This document shows positions 1 through 13,586 of a DNA stretch of 33,450 bases, piece by piece. The translations under genes and the position numbers were made by a program. Location of the stretch: contig NC_057751.1 of the NCBI RefSeq assembly GCF_004010195.1, positions 10,799,831 through 10,833,280 of the forward strand. Direction: 5' to 3'. The notes under the pieces were generated by a model. That model was not told where the DNA came from. It saw only the letters and a program-made list of their open reading frames with translations, and made no database searches. Within the stretch, counting starts at the first letter, position 1. The number at the start of each line of letters is the position of its first letter. Source of the stretch: Chiloscyllium plagiosum. Its lineage: Eukaryota.

Positions 1-380
1 GAGGAAGAACACCTCATCTTCTGCTTTGAAACCGTACAACCACACAGCATCAATGTTGACCTCGCTAGTTTTCTCATCTCCCCTCCCCCCACCTTATTCC
101 CAGATCCAAATCTCCAACTTGGCACCACCCTCTTGAACTGTCCTACCTGTCCATCTTCCTTCCCAACTATATGCTCCACCCTCCTCTCTGACCTACCACC
201 ATTACTTCCCCCCACCCACCTACATCTATCCATTACCTTCCTCTACCCCCACATTCCTGATGAAGGTCTTATACCTGAAACGTCACTTTCCCTGCTTCTT
301 GGATGCTGCCTGACCTGTGCTTTTCCAGCGCCACATTTTTCAACTCTGATCTCCAGCATCTGCAGTCCTCACTTTCTCCT
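1..380 (+). mobile_element. 3' end of a Penelope-like retroelement (C-rich 3' region with a minimal hammerhead motif)
   Basis: Starts EEEHLIFCFETVQPHSINVD, resembling a PLE endonuclease C-terminus; CTGATGA-stem-GAAACGTC at 257-284; the same family is inverted at 33162-33450, with a tail fragment at 25337-25380. Confidence 0.65.
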
Positions 381-433
381 ATGCTGGGTATATTAACCAA
401 GTATAACTGTGAAGTCACAAAACCCACACACTA

Positions 434-739
434 GGGGACAGCATAGTGCCAGGAACCGGGATTTGATTCCAACCTCGGGCAACTGTCTGTGTGGAGTTGG
501 TACATTCTCCCCGTGTCTGTGTGGACTTCGTCGGTGCTCTGGTTTCTTCCCACAATCCAAAGTTGTGCAGGTTAGGTGAATTGGCCAAGCCCCAGTGTTC
601 AGGGATGTGTAGGTTTGTTACATTAGTCAGGGGTAGAGTAGGAGGACATGGGAATGGGTCTGGGTGGGTTACTCTTTGGAGGGTTGGTGTGGAATTGTTG
701 GGCCAAATGGCCTGTTTCCACACAGTGGTGATTCTATGA
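434..739 (+). mobile_element. HE1/V-SINE-type tRNA-derived SINE, internally deleted
   Basis: Core 'ctgtctgtgtggagtt...ttctccccgtgtctg', B-box remnant, tail 'ggcctgtttccacac...gattctatga'; homologous to 5495-5838. Confidence 0.85.
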
Positions 740-1810
740 AACACAGCAGCCAGGTGTTAATGTCATTACCATTATGTGAAAGGCAACTGTTACCCTGGAC
801 AGACATATCCTCAAGAATGTCTCAACCAAACAAAGCAGGACCCAGACAGAGAGGCACCAGGTGCTGCTCCACAAAGAAACAAACAGTAGCAGGCCATTCA
901 AATGATTGACAATGTTTCAAACTATTAAGTGTGTCTCCCTGATTGGCCAGGACTGCAGAAAGTTCCAGAAAACCATCCAAAATTGTAGAAAAATAGGGTT
1001 CACCTGCAGGCCAAGCTCTCGCAACCACTCTCTTGAATCTTCTGGAGGCTTTCTGAGGAGACTAGCGTGGTAAGAGGCAGAGACGAGCTGACTATCTGAA
1101 GAGAGAAAAAGAGAAAGCAAGCTTCACAGACCAGATTCAGAGCCAGAGAGACAAGGACTGCATAAAACTGCAAGTGATTTGGGAAGTGTTGTTACCTTGA
1201 GGGACAAATAGAATTACAGATAGCTTGTTTGGTGTTAAAGGTTATTGTACCTTCTTTCCTCATAAAATTGGGAATGATGTGCATTGATATTGGCTTGAAT
1301 TCATAATGATTTGACCGCTTCAGTATTCTGGAACACCTGAGCAAATTCATTCATAACATTCTGGTTCAAGTTGTCTGATTTGTTTTAAGGAGGAACTAGA
1401 CAACAGTCATCATTCAAAATTTGAAAAACTGTTGACCCTAAAGTCACTATGTAATCAGTTTGTGTGTCTCTTAAGATTATTCTTCTCAAAACAGGATGTG
1501 ACATATTTGGAGCATGCTTGCGTTCTTGATGTCTGCTATTGTTTTGCTTTACTTGTTTCTTATTCCTTCTGCCCATATTATTTTACCATCTTAAGACTTT
1601 TGATTCTCACAGCACAGACGGAGTCAGTTTGGTTCACTGTGCTTTTGCCAGTTCCTGTTTCCTGTTCATGACTTACTCTCTTCATTTCAGATTTCCATTA
1701 TTGGCAGTATTTTATCAGATTGACCAATCTCCTGAGCAGCAGGAATGGGAAAGGAGGTCAGCTGATACCAAAGCATGAATCCTTCAAAGCTCGTCTCTGT
1801 TCAGAGTTAA

Positions 1811-1900
<90 letters not shown>

Positions 1901-2368
1901 TAAGTTGTTTAATCAGTCATTTTCAGTGACAATGTAGGATTTTTGGATTCTACCAGATTGTCACCAGCACCCTGTACATCAGACATCATGGTCATTTCAT
2001 TCTGTCTGTTTCAGAAAAAAAATCACTGTGATTGCTTAACTCAAATTCAATTCTGGTCTTGTATGAATCCTGGTTGGATGGAATGGATATGTCATGTAAA
2101 CCACTTGGACTCTGTCAGTTCCACATAATTCTGGAGTATGCTCACACCATTGGGCGCAAACCATTTGCACACCTTGAGACCTGAAATCAAGTTGACTGTC
2201 AAATGGGTAGTTAAGTCTGTCACAGTGGATGACATCTTCACAACATTGTGCGCACGCCAGAGAAACTTTGATCTGGCTGTGCTATATTTGCTTTCCTGGT
2301 TCAAGTCTCAGTTAAGTTGCAGGATTCAACCAGCCACCCTTTGCATCTCTTGAAATAACTTAAACTTA

Positions 2369-4041
2369 ATAGAGTCATAGAGCTGTACAGCATGGAAACA
2401 GACCCTTCAGTCCAACCCATCCATGATGACCAGATATCCCGTATAAATCTAGTTCCATTTCCCAGCATCTTTACCATATCTCTCCAAACCCTTCCTATTC
2501 ATGTACACATCCAGATGTCTTTATAACTACACTCTCTAGTTCTGGACTCCCCCACTTGGGGAAAAGACCTCTATTTATTTTATCCATGCCCCTAATGATT
2601 TTATAAACGCCTCGGAGGTCACCCCTCGGTCTCCGATGCTCCAGCCTCACCCTGTGCTCAAACCCTCTAATCCTGGCAACATCCTTGTAAATCTTTTCTG
2701 AACCCTTTCAAGTTTCACAACATCCTTCCTGGAGGAGGGAGACCAGAATTACACATAGTATTCTAAAAGTGGCCTCACCAACATCCTGAACAGCTGCAAC
2801 CTGACCTCCCAACTCCTATACTCAATGCAGTGACCAATAAAGGCAAGCATACCAAATGCCCTCTTCACTATCCGATCTAAGTGTGACTCTACTTTCAAGG
2901 AACGATGAACCTGAACTTCAAGGTCACTTAATTCAGCAACACTCCCTCAGGATGTTACCATTAAGTTCATAAGTCTTGCTCTGATTTGCTTTTCCAAACT
3001 GCAGCACCTCACATTTATCTAAGTTAAGCTCCATTTGCCACTCCTCAGCCCATTGGCCCATTTGATCAGGATCCAGCTGTACTCTGAAGTAATTTTTTCA
3101 CTGTCCACTCGACCTTCAATTTGGGATGACATCTGCAAACTTACGAACCATGCCTCCAATGTTTACATCCAGATCTTATATAGAAATGACAAAAAGCACT
3201 GGACCCAGCACCGATCCTTGTGACAGACTGTTGGTCACAGGCCTTCAGTCTGAAAAGGAACCCTCCACCACCACCTTCTGTCTTCGAGCCAGTTCTGTAT
3301 CTAACTAGCTAGTTCTCCCTTAATTCTTATGTGATCTAACCTTGCTAACCAGTCTGTCATGCAGAACTTTGTCGCATGCCTTACTGAAATCCATATAGAT
3401 CACGTCCACTGCTCTTCCCTCATCAATCCTCTTTGTTAGTTCTTCAAAAAACTCAGTCATGTTTGTGAGATATGATTTCCCACACACAAAGCATGCTGAC
3501 TATCCGTAATCAATCCTTGCCTTTCCAAATACATGTACATCATGTCCCAGGATTCCCTCCAACAACCAATGTCAGGCTCACTGGTCTATAGTTCCCTGGC
3601 TTTTCCTTACCACTTTGCTGAAATAATGGTACCACATTTGCCAACCTCCAGTTTTCTGGCACCTCATCTGTGACTGTCGATGATACAGATATCTCAGCAA
3701 GGGACCCAGCTATCAGTTCCCTAGCTTCCCACAGAGTTCTGGGGTACACCTGATTAGATCCTGAGGATTTATCCACCTTTATATGTTTTAAGATGTCCAG
3801 CACCACCAGCTCTTTATTATGCACATTTATAAGATATTGCTATTTCTTTCCCCAGATTCTATATCTTCCATATCCTTGTCCACAGTTAACACTGATGCAA
3901 AATAGTAATTTTGTATCTCACTCATCTCCTGTGGTTCCACAAGTAGGCAGCCTTGCTGGTCTTTACTGGGCTCTATTCTCTCCCATGTTACTCTTATGTC
4001 CTTAATGTATTTGTACAATCCCTTTGGATTGTCCTTAACCC
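2369..4041 (-). mobile_element. CR1/HER1-like LINE, 5'-truncated and degenerate RT/3' end
   Basis: The minus ORF 3540-3824 encodes KVDKSSGSNQVYPRTLWEARELIAGSL...WRLANVVPLF..GKEKPGNYRPVSLT (CR1 ORF2); the 3' tail resembles the SINE tail; multiple frameshifts. Confidence 0.9.
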
Positions 4042-4874
4042 TGGTCTTTCCAGAGAGAATCTCTGTGTGACTGAGTTATAAATTGGTGAATGCAAAGAGC
4101 AGTTCGAAGAATAAAAAGGGAAAAAAGTTGTCGATTTCAGCAAAAAAGTATCCCTTCCAGCCCACTGGAAGAATCAAAGTATAATCTCTGCATAAGGTCT
4201 ATATAATCCTACTCCTTAACCTTTTTAAATTAGTTCATGACATTAGAATCCGTTCCTTCTTCTGTTAAGACTTGGAAGGAAAAATGTAATTAATCCTAAA
4301 TGGATGAATACTCTTGTCCCCACTCACTTTTAACTGTGTGAACTGCTGGTAGGTGGAGGCTGTGTGCTGTCTGGACTGGCCAAACCAAGAGAAGGTTGGT
4401 GAAATGCAGCACTCAACTTCAAAACTATAAATACTGCTGAAGACATGACTTAAAAGATAGGATTCCCCCGACATGCTAAATCCAATGTCTTGATGAGATA
4501 TTGTGTGTCAATATAAGGTGTCGATTGGGTGGTCATTTCCTTTTGTCCCCCCCAAAAAACGGGCATATATCCTTCATTCTAACCATGTCCAAGTTGAGTA
4601 TCATAAACAGGGAATAACCATGATGTCTGTGAAAAGTGCTTTCTTTTGTAATATTTATCTCACAGCAGTGATCCTGTTAAAGCATAGGATTTGGACAGTA
4701 GCACAGCAGACCTTTGGGGTTTGCAGGAATTGTCTTGATAGTTGAGTATTTGAAGAGCAAACAGCTGCAGGCCATAGACAGATTCAGTTAAGTCAGTGAA
4801 AGTAAATTAATGCCTTCCACAAATAAAAAACTTCAAGTTATTGTGGAAGAGAATTCTGATAGCTGAAAATACTC

Positions 4875-5494
4875 TGTTAAGATGCTTGGTTGAGGGTGAG
4901 AGATGTGACGAAGATGCTCCTTTAACAAGTTTAGTTTGTCTTTGTTTTTTTCCATGGAGGTCATAAATGCAGAAGTTCCATTCTGTCTGGTTTGGATGAG
5001 TTCAAGGACCAGTTTGATTGTAGCTTGCAGGTACTGCCTCAGGCAAAAGGCTTACAGGTTTAAAAAAAACACTTGTACAATGAAAGGGGAGTGGCCAGTT
5101 TTCCCAGCTTAGCTTTACTCTGGTTGGGTTTGGTTTTAGCAAGCAGTCATCTTTTTTGCAGCTGAAAGAAGGTGATCTGTGTTGAATCTCTCTGTCATCT
5201 CTCTCCTGTGAGACCCTGTGTTTGATTTTATCTTTTTTGCTAAGGTGTGTTTATGGGAATTGTTGCAGGAATTTGGAACTGTGTCATTAAATTGGGATGA
5301 CCTATTGGGTTTTGGATAGGTTAAGTTATTCTATATTCTGTTCTCTCTTGTTGGTGTTTCATTCGGTAATCTGTAAATACATGCTGTTCTGTTTAAAACC
5401 TTCTGGAATATCCACTTTACACCTTCTCAAAACAACTAGAAAAGTTAGGGTCTGGGCTTGAAGTGTTTTGAGGGGGTCTGGCCTGATGCTTAAC
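4875..5494. mobile_element. Probable solo LTR
   Basis: Inverted termini TGTTAAG...CTTAAC(A), with a SINE inserted at the right end; similar in reverse orientation to ~27878-28450; no clear TSD. Confidence 0.45.
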
Positions 5495-5838
5495 GGGGCG
5501 GCATGGTGGCTGAGTGGTTAGCACTGCTGCCTCACAGCGTTAGGGAGCCAGGTTCAATTCCAGCCTCGGGTGACTGTCTGTGTGGAGTTTGCACCTTCTC
5601 CACATGTCTGCGTGGGTTTCCTCTGGGTGTTCCGGTGTCCTCCCACAATTCATAGATGTGCAAGTTAGGTGAATTGGCCAGTGTTCAGGGGTGCGTAGGA
5701 TAAGTGCATTAGTCAAGGGTAAATATAGGACAGTAGGGAAGGGGAATGGGTCTGGGTGGGTTACTCTTCAGAGGGTTGGTGGGCTGATAGGCTTGTGGAT
5801 TTGTTGGGCTTGTTTCCACACTGAAGGGATTCTATTCT
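5495..5838 (+). mobile_element. Full-length HE1/V-SINE-type SINE
   Basis: Pol III A box TGGCTGAGTGG (5507-5517), B box GGTTCAATTCC (5551-5561), V-SINE-like core, tail GATTCTATTCT; flanked by TTAAC (5490-5494 / 5839-5843). Confidence 0.9.
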
Positions 5839-8800
5839 TTAACAGAGGACATGTCTTCTGGGAAGATGATGGACTTGGTCTGAGATGTGTTGACTTGTTG
5901 CTTGCTTGTGGAACAAGCGTGATTGGAGTGTGCCTGAGCTGTTAGCTAACAATGCAAAAAAGGGTGCCAAACTCCCCCTCAGTGGTGAATCCCTCCTAGA
6001 ATCTAGTCATTTTGGACTAAGACAAGAAGGGATATCCCCAGCCAGATGGTCGTAAATAGCTGTGATTCTCTCACTGCAGGGGGCATAGACGCATGCAAAA
6101 ATGCACATAGGAAACAGGGTCAGTCATTCGACATTTCTTGATTTTAAGATCTTGTGGAAAAGTCTCCAACACTATACTGTGCCGACCAGTCTTGATTTGG
6201 GCATTGGGAAGGTACATCGGGGATGATGGGTGTGCAACATGTTAAGTTTCTGATCAGCAAAGTGAGAGACAGTTCGAAAGTGCGCCCAGTACAGACAGCA
6301 CGATGAGAATGTTATGATGAGGAAGGGTCACCTGTCAGGCATTACTAACAAAAAGAGACGCCCCCCGCTCACACATCCAAAGGTTCGTGGAAGTTGTCTG
6401 CCATATTTTAAAGGAGTTACAGTTGGCAAGGATTGAAAATAAGTTCATAGTGATAATGTTGTCTTCCCTTTGGCAGTTGCAGGAATGTACATTTTACTTC
6501 AGAGTATGTGGCTGTCAAAATGTGTTGGGCGTTTTTTCAACTGATCGGGGAGGGATAAAGACTCGATACAGACAGTGATTTAGCCTCAATCTATCTGTTA
6601 ATGACCTTGCACTGGTGCCTCTCATTAACTGTATGTTCTGTTTCGATATGCATTTCATTATTTAAGATTGAATCTTGCAAATCTGCCAGTGGTTATCTGA
6701 CCTTGCCTGCTTAAATTAAATTAGGGGAAGAAAATTAAAGCCAGCATAAATGCTGTTAACAGGATCACTGCTTCAAGGGACTGTCCACTGTGGTCACTGA
6801 TTTTTATTAGATTTACCAACTGAATTTATGAGAAATGCTAATTATTTTTTGTTTTTTCATCTACTTTCGGGGAAGGGGAGGGTCAAGAAGTGTCACACGA
6901 AGGAACCTGACAGTGTGGATGGTCCCTTCAACCTTGGTGAATGTTTGGTGAGGTCAGGGGACTGGGCTGTTCTGTTCTGATGGTCTAGGAATTGAAAGAC
7001 CCTGTAATACAACACATTTGCCTTTGCTTGTATAATTTTAATCTCATTCTTTCTGCACCTCAAGCTATTCCTTTGTGTTTTAATTGTGCTTGCACATGTT
7101 TACATCTGTGATGACCTCACTTCTGAATGTTTTCTGTGCCAGTTTTCCCGTTTTGTCTCTGATGTTAAGAAAAAGAAGATTTTTATTTTAATTGTGAATG
7201 AACTTGGGAGGAAGAGTAAGGTAATTTCTGATGTTCGGACTCTCCTAAATTTTTGTGTTTCCAACTCATCCCCTCGGTTTAACTCAGGATTTGGGAACAT
7301 GATCAGTCAGGTTAAAGAGTAAGGAGATTAGCTGTTGTATTTAGTCAAACTAATTTACAAAATGTTGGCTATGAGGAAGTAAAAGTTGGAAGACACTGAG
7401 AAGAAACCTTTTACAAACTCATTGCCAGGGTAAGATTCACAATTTGCAAAGTTACCAGCATGACTTTGTTGAGAACTTTACAGACTTGGTGATTGTGTCT
7501 GTCCATCTCAGACATCCTTCTTAATCCTGTTGAAATAAATAGAACTTGTTCCGCAAGTAATGGAAGATTCTGGTGTTGGTAACAAAATCTGTCACATTGA
7601 CCAGAACACCTGCATGTTGTTCATAACTTAAAGCTGTTAACAAATGTTCAGAAGAATATATATCTTGGGTTCCGTGGCTCTGGAGTTGCTCAAGTCATCG
7701 GGTGACCTTCAGTGCAGTGATACCACTCACCAAGGTGATGTGATGGATCAGCTCCTTCCTATTATCGAGCCGACACAAACATTTGCAGCATTCCCCTAGC
7801 AGTGGAAGCTGGTCCAGCACTCATGGGAGCCAATTTCAAAAGAGGAGATGACTGAGGGGCTCTGTGCCCCTGTAAGCCTGAATCTGCACCTTGTTCGTAA
7901 TTTTAAGAATACTGCTTAAGCTGACTTTCCAATCCTTCACACTTGTGCACTGATTTTGCTGGACATTTGTATTGGTCCAAGTTTTCTCAGCAACCTTTGC
8001 TGCTTTCCTAAACCAGTGGATTTTAATTCCTTTTCAGATTGGAGTTAAAATATAATCTCGAGACAATGAGTTTCTTTATTCACAGATTAATCCTATTTAA
8101 AAAAATCAGTGGGAGAGGTTAAACTGTGCCTGTGCGTTGCTGTGTTCAGTTGTCATTGGTGATGAGAAGATTTGTTGGAACAAACCCTGTCCAAGACTGT
8201 TTCCTTCTCGTTATGCTGTTCTGACATTCCCCAGGCACCAAGGACCAGAATGAAGAGATGAGTTACAGACTTCAATTACACTATTTCATGTTGCCAAATG
8301 ATTGTTCACGGGTCCATGGAAACGCTGCTCATGTGACCAAATTTCAAATTGATTGGTTCATCGGCCAGTGATGAACAAGTGGTGAAAGAAGTGGGCTCCT
8401 GCTTACTGGTGTTAATTGACTTATACTTAATTTATACAAGGGCTGTGGCACTGTGGTTTGTATTACTTGGCAGATCTTTGTTGCGCAGCCTTGTTTAAAA
8501 ACAAGTGGGTCGTTCGCCTCACTGCTCCAATAGAAGAATGTATAATTTTGTTTTTTCAAAACAGCCTCTCTCAAGTGATCTTCAGCAGTTAGTGCCATTA
8601 TTACATTTAATTATAATTATTAGACCAGAACAAGACAGTCTTTTGTTTTAGATTGGAGGTGATAGAAAGGCTAAAGGGATTTTGTTTTACATAGTATTCC
8701 CCCATCATCATTGTTCTAAATCACAATTTTTACTACCCATTGACAAATCCTACTTTTTTGGGGCGGGGGGGATGGCTGTTCAAAATTTCAGGACCAACCA

Positions 8801-9419
8801 TAATTTCCAGTGTCATTTCTCACTACTGAGCATGATGATGTGGGTGAGGGGGTCCTGTGTCAGTCAAGATCTTAGCACAACTTCCTCAACAAATCCTCAA
8901 CATTATTCTGTACATCATGGGAGACTGTGGCTTCTTGATAATTTCATGAGACAAGTAATGCAGAGGCACAGGATACTTCAAGGACGCAGGTTCAAATCCC
9001 GTGGCAATTGGTGGAATTGAAGTTTAACATTAGAGTTAGAAAACCCATCTGACTGACTCAAATTTGTTCGGGAAGGGTATCTGCCATCCTTGGCCAGTCT
9101 GGCTTATGTGTAACCCGAGACCAACAGCAATATGATTAACGCTTCACTGCCCTATGACATGGCCCACCAAGCCACTTGGTGAAAGAACAACTAGTGATGG
9201 ATAATGAATGCTGACCTGGTCAGCAACACCCACCATCCAGTGAAAGCACGAAAGGCTTGAGTTACAGGGCTGCTTAAGTTGGCATTGTCCCCTCATCCAT
9301 GAGGAAGTGAAAGAGAGTGGTAGGGTTCAAGGGGAATTCCCCAACCAGGCTCCCAGCTTTGTGATTGTCAAGGTAAGTAGTGTTGCAGCATTGTTGGCTG
9401 GTTGTATCTTTGTTATACA

Positions 9420-9870
9420 TCAGTCTTTCTGTCGATCACAAAAAGAGGAGAATGAAAGCCCTCGTGTGAAAGCCACATTTGAGATCTGTTTAGGATTTTT
9501 AACAATGCTGGATCGCCAGGGAAGTACTTTTTTGAATGTCATTGCTGTTGCAATGTAGAAAGCAGACAGCCAGCTCCCACAAACAGCAAATGTGGGAACA
9601 ATGACTGAATCTGTTTTAGTGATGTGATTGTGAAATAACAAATCACAGACACGGTGGGAAGAATTCATTTGTTGTTATTGCAACAGTTCCATGTGAGCTT
9701 TTCTAGCCACTGGAGATGGGGCCTTGGTTTGATGGCTCATCCAAATACCAGCAGCTTGCACATTGCAGCACACCCTCAGCTCAGATTTTTGTGCTTTAGT
9801 TTCTTGGATGGCAGTTTGAACCCACAGCTCCTGATCCTAAGGTGGGAGTGTTCGTAGCTCAGCTGTGGCT
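9420..9870 (-). mobile_element. Old tRNA-derived SINE (DeuSINE/SacSINE-like), degenerate
   Basis: Reverse B-box 'tttgaaccc' near 9815 and body motifs matching the + strand copy at 10510-11910. Confidence 0.5.
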
Positions 9871-10509
9871 GGCACTGAGGTAGTGGAAAGCCACTTTGCA
9901 AATCTAAAGTGCCTTCTGAATGGAGATCAATTGTGGGATTCCCTTCTGATTGAAGAAAAGGTCTAAAGTCCAGGTCACAATTCAGGCTTTTTAATTGGCA
10001 GGGACATCTTTGTATCAAGGAACAACAGGATTAATTTAGCAGAATTGCTGTGGAGACCAGCCTGGACCCAAGCGGAGGGGACACCCAAGTCCTTGATATA
10101 CTTGTGCATTTTATTCTCATACAATCTGATCACAATTCTTCAGGCCAAAAATACAAAATGCACAAATATGGAGCTTTCTGTGGCAGAAATAGCTGTGAAA
10201 TATTTTTCAAAGCACAAAAGAGTCTGCTGAAATCAGTTTTCACTAAGGATGCTATCATCCTGAAAATTCTTTCACGTCTTTGGAACAGTTGTGCTTCTAA
10301 CTACTTCCAAGCTTGCTTCTCCTCCTCAGTCAGTAAAATACAACATTACAATACATTTGGTCTGTCTCCTAGTGTCCTGATACGATATCACTTGGGACAC
10401 AGCTTTATTTAAATCTTTGAAATAATATGTGTTTCACCCCTGGATACACCTGTCAAACTGTTGTATTGTAAAATGCCTGTGTAAACTTGGAAGATGTGTT
10501 CTAACATCC

Positions 10510-11910
10510 TTTGCTGGAGGTGGAAGTGCTGCAGTGTTGCTCCTGAGTCAGAGGTGATGCATTCATGTCTCATTCTCACACAACTGGAGCTGACATTTCC
10601 ATATCAGTGCAAAGTTCATACTGCACTGTTGGGAGTAGTTTCTCCAGTGGATATAAAAGATAGCACTGCAATATTGGAAGAGTTTTCTCAATGTCCAAAG
10701 TAACATCCCTCAGCCAGCAGATTATCTTGACATTTGTCTCATTGCTGTTTGTGGAATGAAGAGAATGCTGGGAACACTTATCGGGTTGTTGTGATTCCAG
10801 ACTGAGAGCTGACTTTGTAGATCATTTTCGTTTCTCATTTAATGGGGTGGTCTAACCCAGAAGCAAGCACACGATACTGCACTGCAGATTTGGTTTTAAC
10901 ACTAAAACGGATGTACGTTATTCAAAATGCACAAAGACAAAACACAAGAAACCAAGCTTTTTACAGATAACACAGGTTTAAATATTTCAAAGCACACAGT
11001 TTCATGTGATAATGCAATTCCATTAATCCTAATAGCACCCATTTACAGTACTCAAACTCGAGAGAGAAAACCCTTCTTTATCAAGTGTACAGAGCTTAAC
11101 TGACTCTTCAATTCCTGTTCTTGAGAATGTGAGCTGCTTTCTCGATTCTTCATTCACTAAGTTTAGACTTGCTCAGTTTCAACTTGCAGTTTTCAACCCA
11201 ACATTTATCATATTTCAAACTAAAATCCTTGGTATTTCTATTGGTAACCTATTTCTGAACAGTTTGAAGCAATCCTCTTCAGGTGAAGCTGTTCTTATTT
11301 GAACCAGGATTTCTGCAAAACAACTGAAACCAAAATCTTTTCTAAATCTCTTGGTGTTTCTGTCCTGCCAATAGAAATGCTGTTAAGTTCCTTCCACCTG
11401 AAGCCTATCTACTGCCTATGTAAAAAAATCTCCCAGTGTGAACAAATTCCCATTAGCTTCCAAGAACCATCTCTCTCATATATTTTATTTGAATGAAACA
11501 AAGCTTCAGAAGGTTTTACAAGTGAAGCATCAAATCCTTTCATTCATACAGACCAAAACACATGCACCATGAATTCAAACTTCAAACTGGAAGATAAATT
11601 ATGTTGAAATATATAATCTACAAGAATGTGGAGACACAAAACAGAGTTTGTGTTTCGTTCCTCTGAAACCTGCTTTTCTGTCTGCCCAGATTCTGCCAGA
11701 CCTGTTGATTATTTCCAGTGCTTTCTGGTTGTACTTGAGATTTTGAGTTGAGAGAATATTTTGCCTTTGTATTGTTGTTTGTACTATCTTACTTTGTGCA
11801 GTTTGGCAACTGTGTTTGACTATGGTACAACAGTGAGTTCACTTGAACCTTTGTTCAGTGGCTGGAAAGCATTCTTGGACATCCTGATGGTGTGAAAGGT
11901 GCTGTGGAGA
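10510..11910 (+). mobile_element. DeuSINE/SacSINE-like SINE split by ~1 kb of nested insertions
   Basis: 5' part ends 'ctcattgctgtttgtgg' (~10754); 3' part resumes ~11775 ('acaacagtga...ggacatcctga...tgaaaggtgct'). Confidence 0.45.
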
Positions 11911-13586
11911 CATTTATATTTGAAAAGGTAAAAATCAAGATAAATCAAAGATGGAAACTCAGTTTATGACTGTGCACCTTAGTCCTTTTACAGCTGTTTC
12001 CCAGCCGCACTCCTCTCCTCCCTTCTACTTCACTGACCCGAAATCATGTGAGTTGACTGTCTTGTGGAGTTGTATTTGGTCCTTTGCACAGATTTTCACA
12101 GTCACACTTTGTAGATAAAAATCTCACTTGTTATAAAACAACCTATGTCTCAATCCTTTGAAGAATTCCATAGGAGATCTGTTCATATACATGTCTTGCG
12201 TAACTTTCAAATTTCTCAGATGAATGGCATCTGCCTTTGTTAAACTACCAAGCAATTCCTTTGTAGTTAAAAAGCATGCTGATCTGCTGTGGAACTAGGA
12301 CCTCAGTTAGAAATTATTTGGTAACTTGCACCAGGCCTGAGGAGCACATGATCAGCAGCCATGCAAGTTTCCCCATGGAGTCCTGAAGCATCAGAATAAC
12401 AGATTAAAAGACGATTTCACCACAAAACAGTCTGGCTATTGTCTACAAGTCCGAGTGAGGGCAGCTGATTGTTGTTTATTGTTACAGGGATTTTGATGCC
12501 TCAGTTTTTCCTTTTTCTACATCAACACCTGATGGAAAGAGAGCAATGAAAGAGAGGAGCTAGAGGATGGAGAAAGAGGTTGCACTTTATCACCTTAATG
12601 TCAGCAGCTAGTTTTGTACACTCAGCCAAGTGGGAGCAATCAACACTGTGGCACAGGTAATTTCCAAATCAGCCTGTTAAGGGAGATATTAGCAAGCACC
12701 TCTGGAGCATATGGGACTTGAACCCAGCTCTCCTGGTAGGGATGCAACCAATGCACCAGAACAGCATGTATCATGGGTGGATAAGATATTTTCAGTAGTG
12801 ATTCCAGCCTATGGTTAGGGGCACTTCAGCATCAGTGAATGCAATTAGCCACCCAGCCTCACTGCCCATCAGCCATATAACATGAGAAAGTGGTTCTTCT
12901 GGGTTTTACTTTGTATGAGAAAGGTCGCTAAAAGAGATAATCCTTAAACTAGGAGCAAATTGCAAACGTGTTTGAGACCGCTGACCTCTTTCAACTGGAT
13001 ATTTTGTTTGTGATTAATTTGGTTATTTGCTGGGGTCTTGTGAGAGTGGTACAAGAATGAAAAAGCCTGGAGAGAAACTGAGTTGACATTTCAGATTAAT
13101 AACCCGTTCATCAAAACTGTGCAGCATTCTTTTCTCTCAACAGACACTCTCTGACCTGTTGAGGTTTTGTCCAGATTCTTTTTGTTCCTATTTGAGCTTT
13201 CCACAGTTTTTTGGGATTTTTCTTTGTCCTGTGTTAGTGGATCACGTTGTTTTAAGTATCACTGCCTTGCTGTTACGAGTCATAGCAGTCAGAAATTACC
13301 TTACAACTGTTTCCACTCTTTGTGTTCTTTCTAGATTTCATTTCTTGTTTAACTGTGTGAGACTTAAAGTCAAAGGAAGCGTGAGTTGCCACTGGGCTTA
13401 ACCAAACGCTGCTCTGGCACCATGTGGATGTCTGTGTGCCAATAAAACTGTCCGTTTCTTCCTCCTCTTGTGACGATTCTCCTCTTCACTTCCACAACAT
13501 TCACTAGTCCTATGGTTCTCCCCCTTCCTCTCCTTACCACTCCCCCTCCCCCCACTTGTCTCTCCTTGTCCCGCTTTGTTTTACAG

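Noticed and set aside
5495..5565. tRNA-like A/B boxes as a tRNA gene
   Set aside because: They form the head of a SINE and continue into SINE core sequence
8230..8360. REST/RE1-like (ggcaccaaggacc), X-box-like (gtccatggaaac) and CCAAT motifs in intron 5
   Set aside because: Only partial consensus matches; cannot be supported without conservation or chromatin data
13441..13446. AATAAA upstream of exon 6A as an intronic polyA signal
   Set aside because: An isolated hexamer is expected by chance; no supporting evidence
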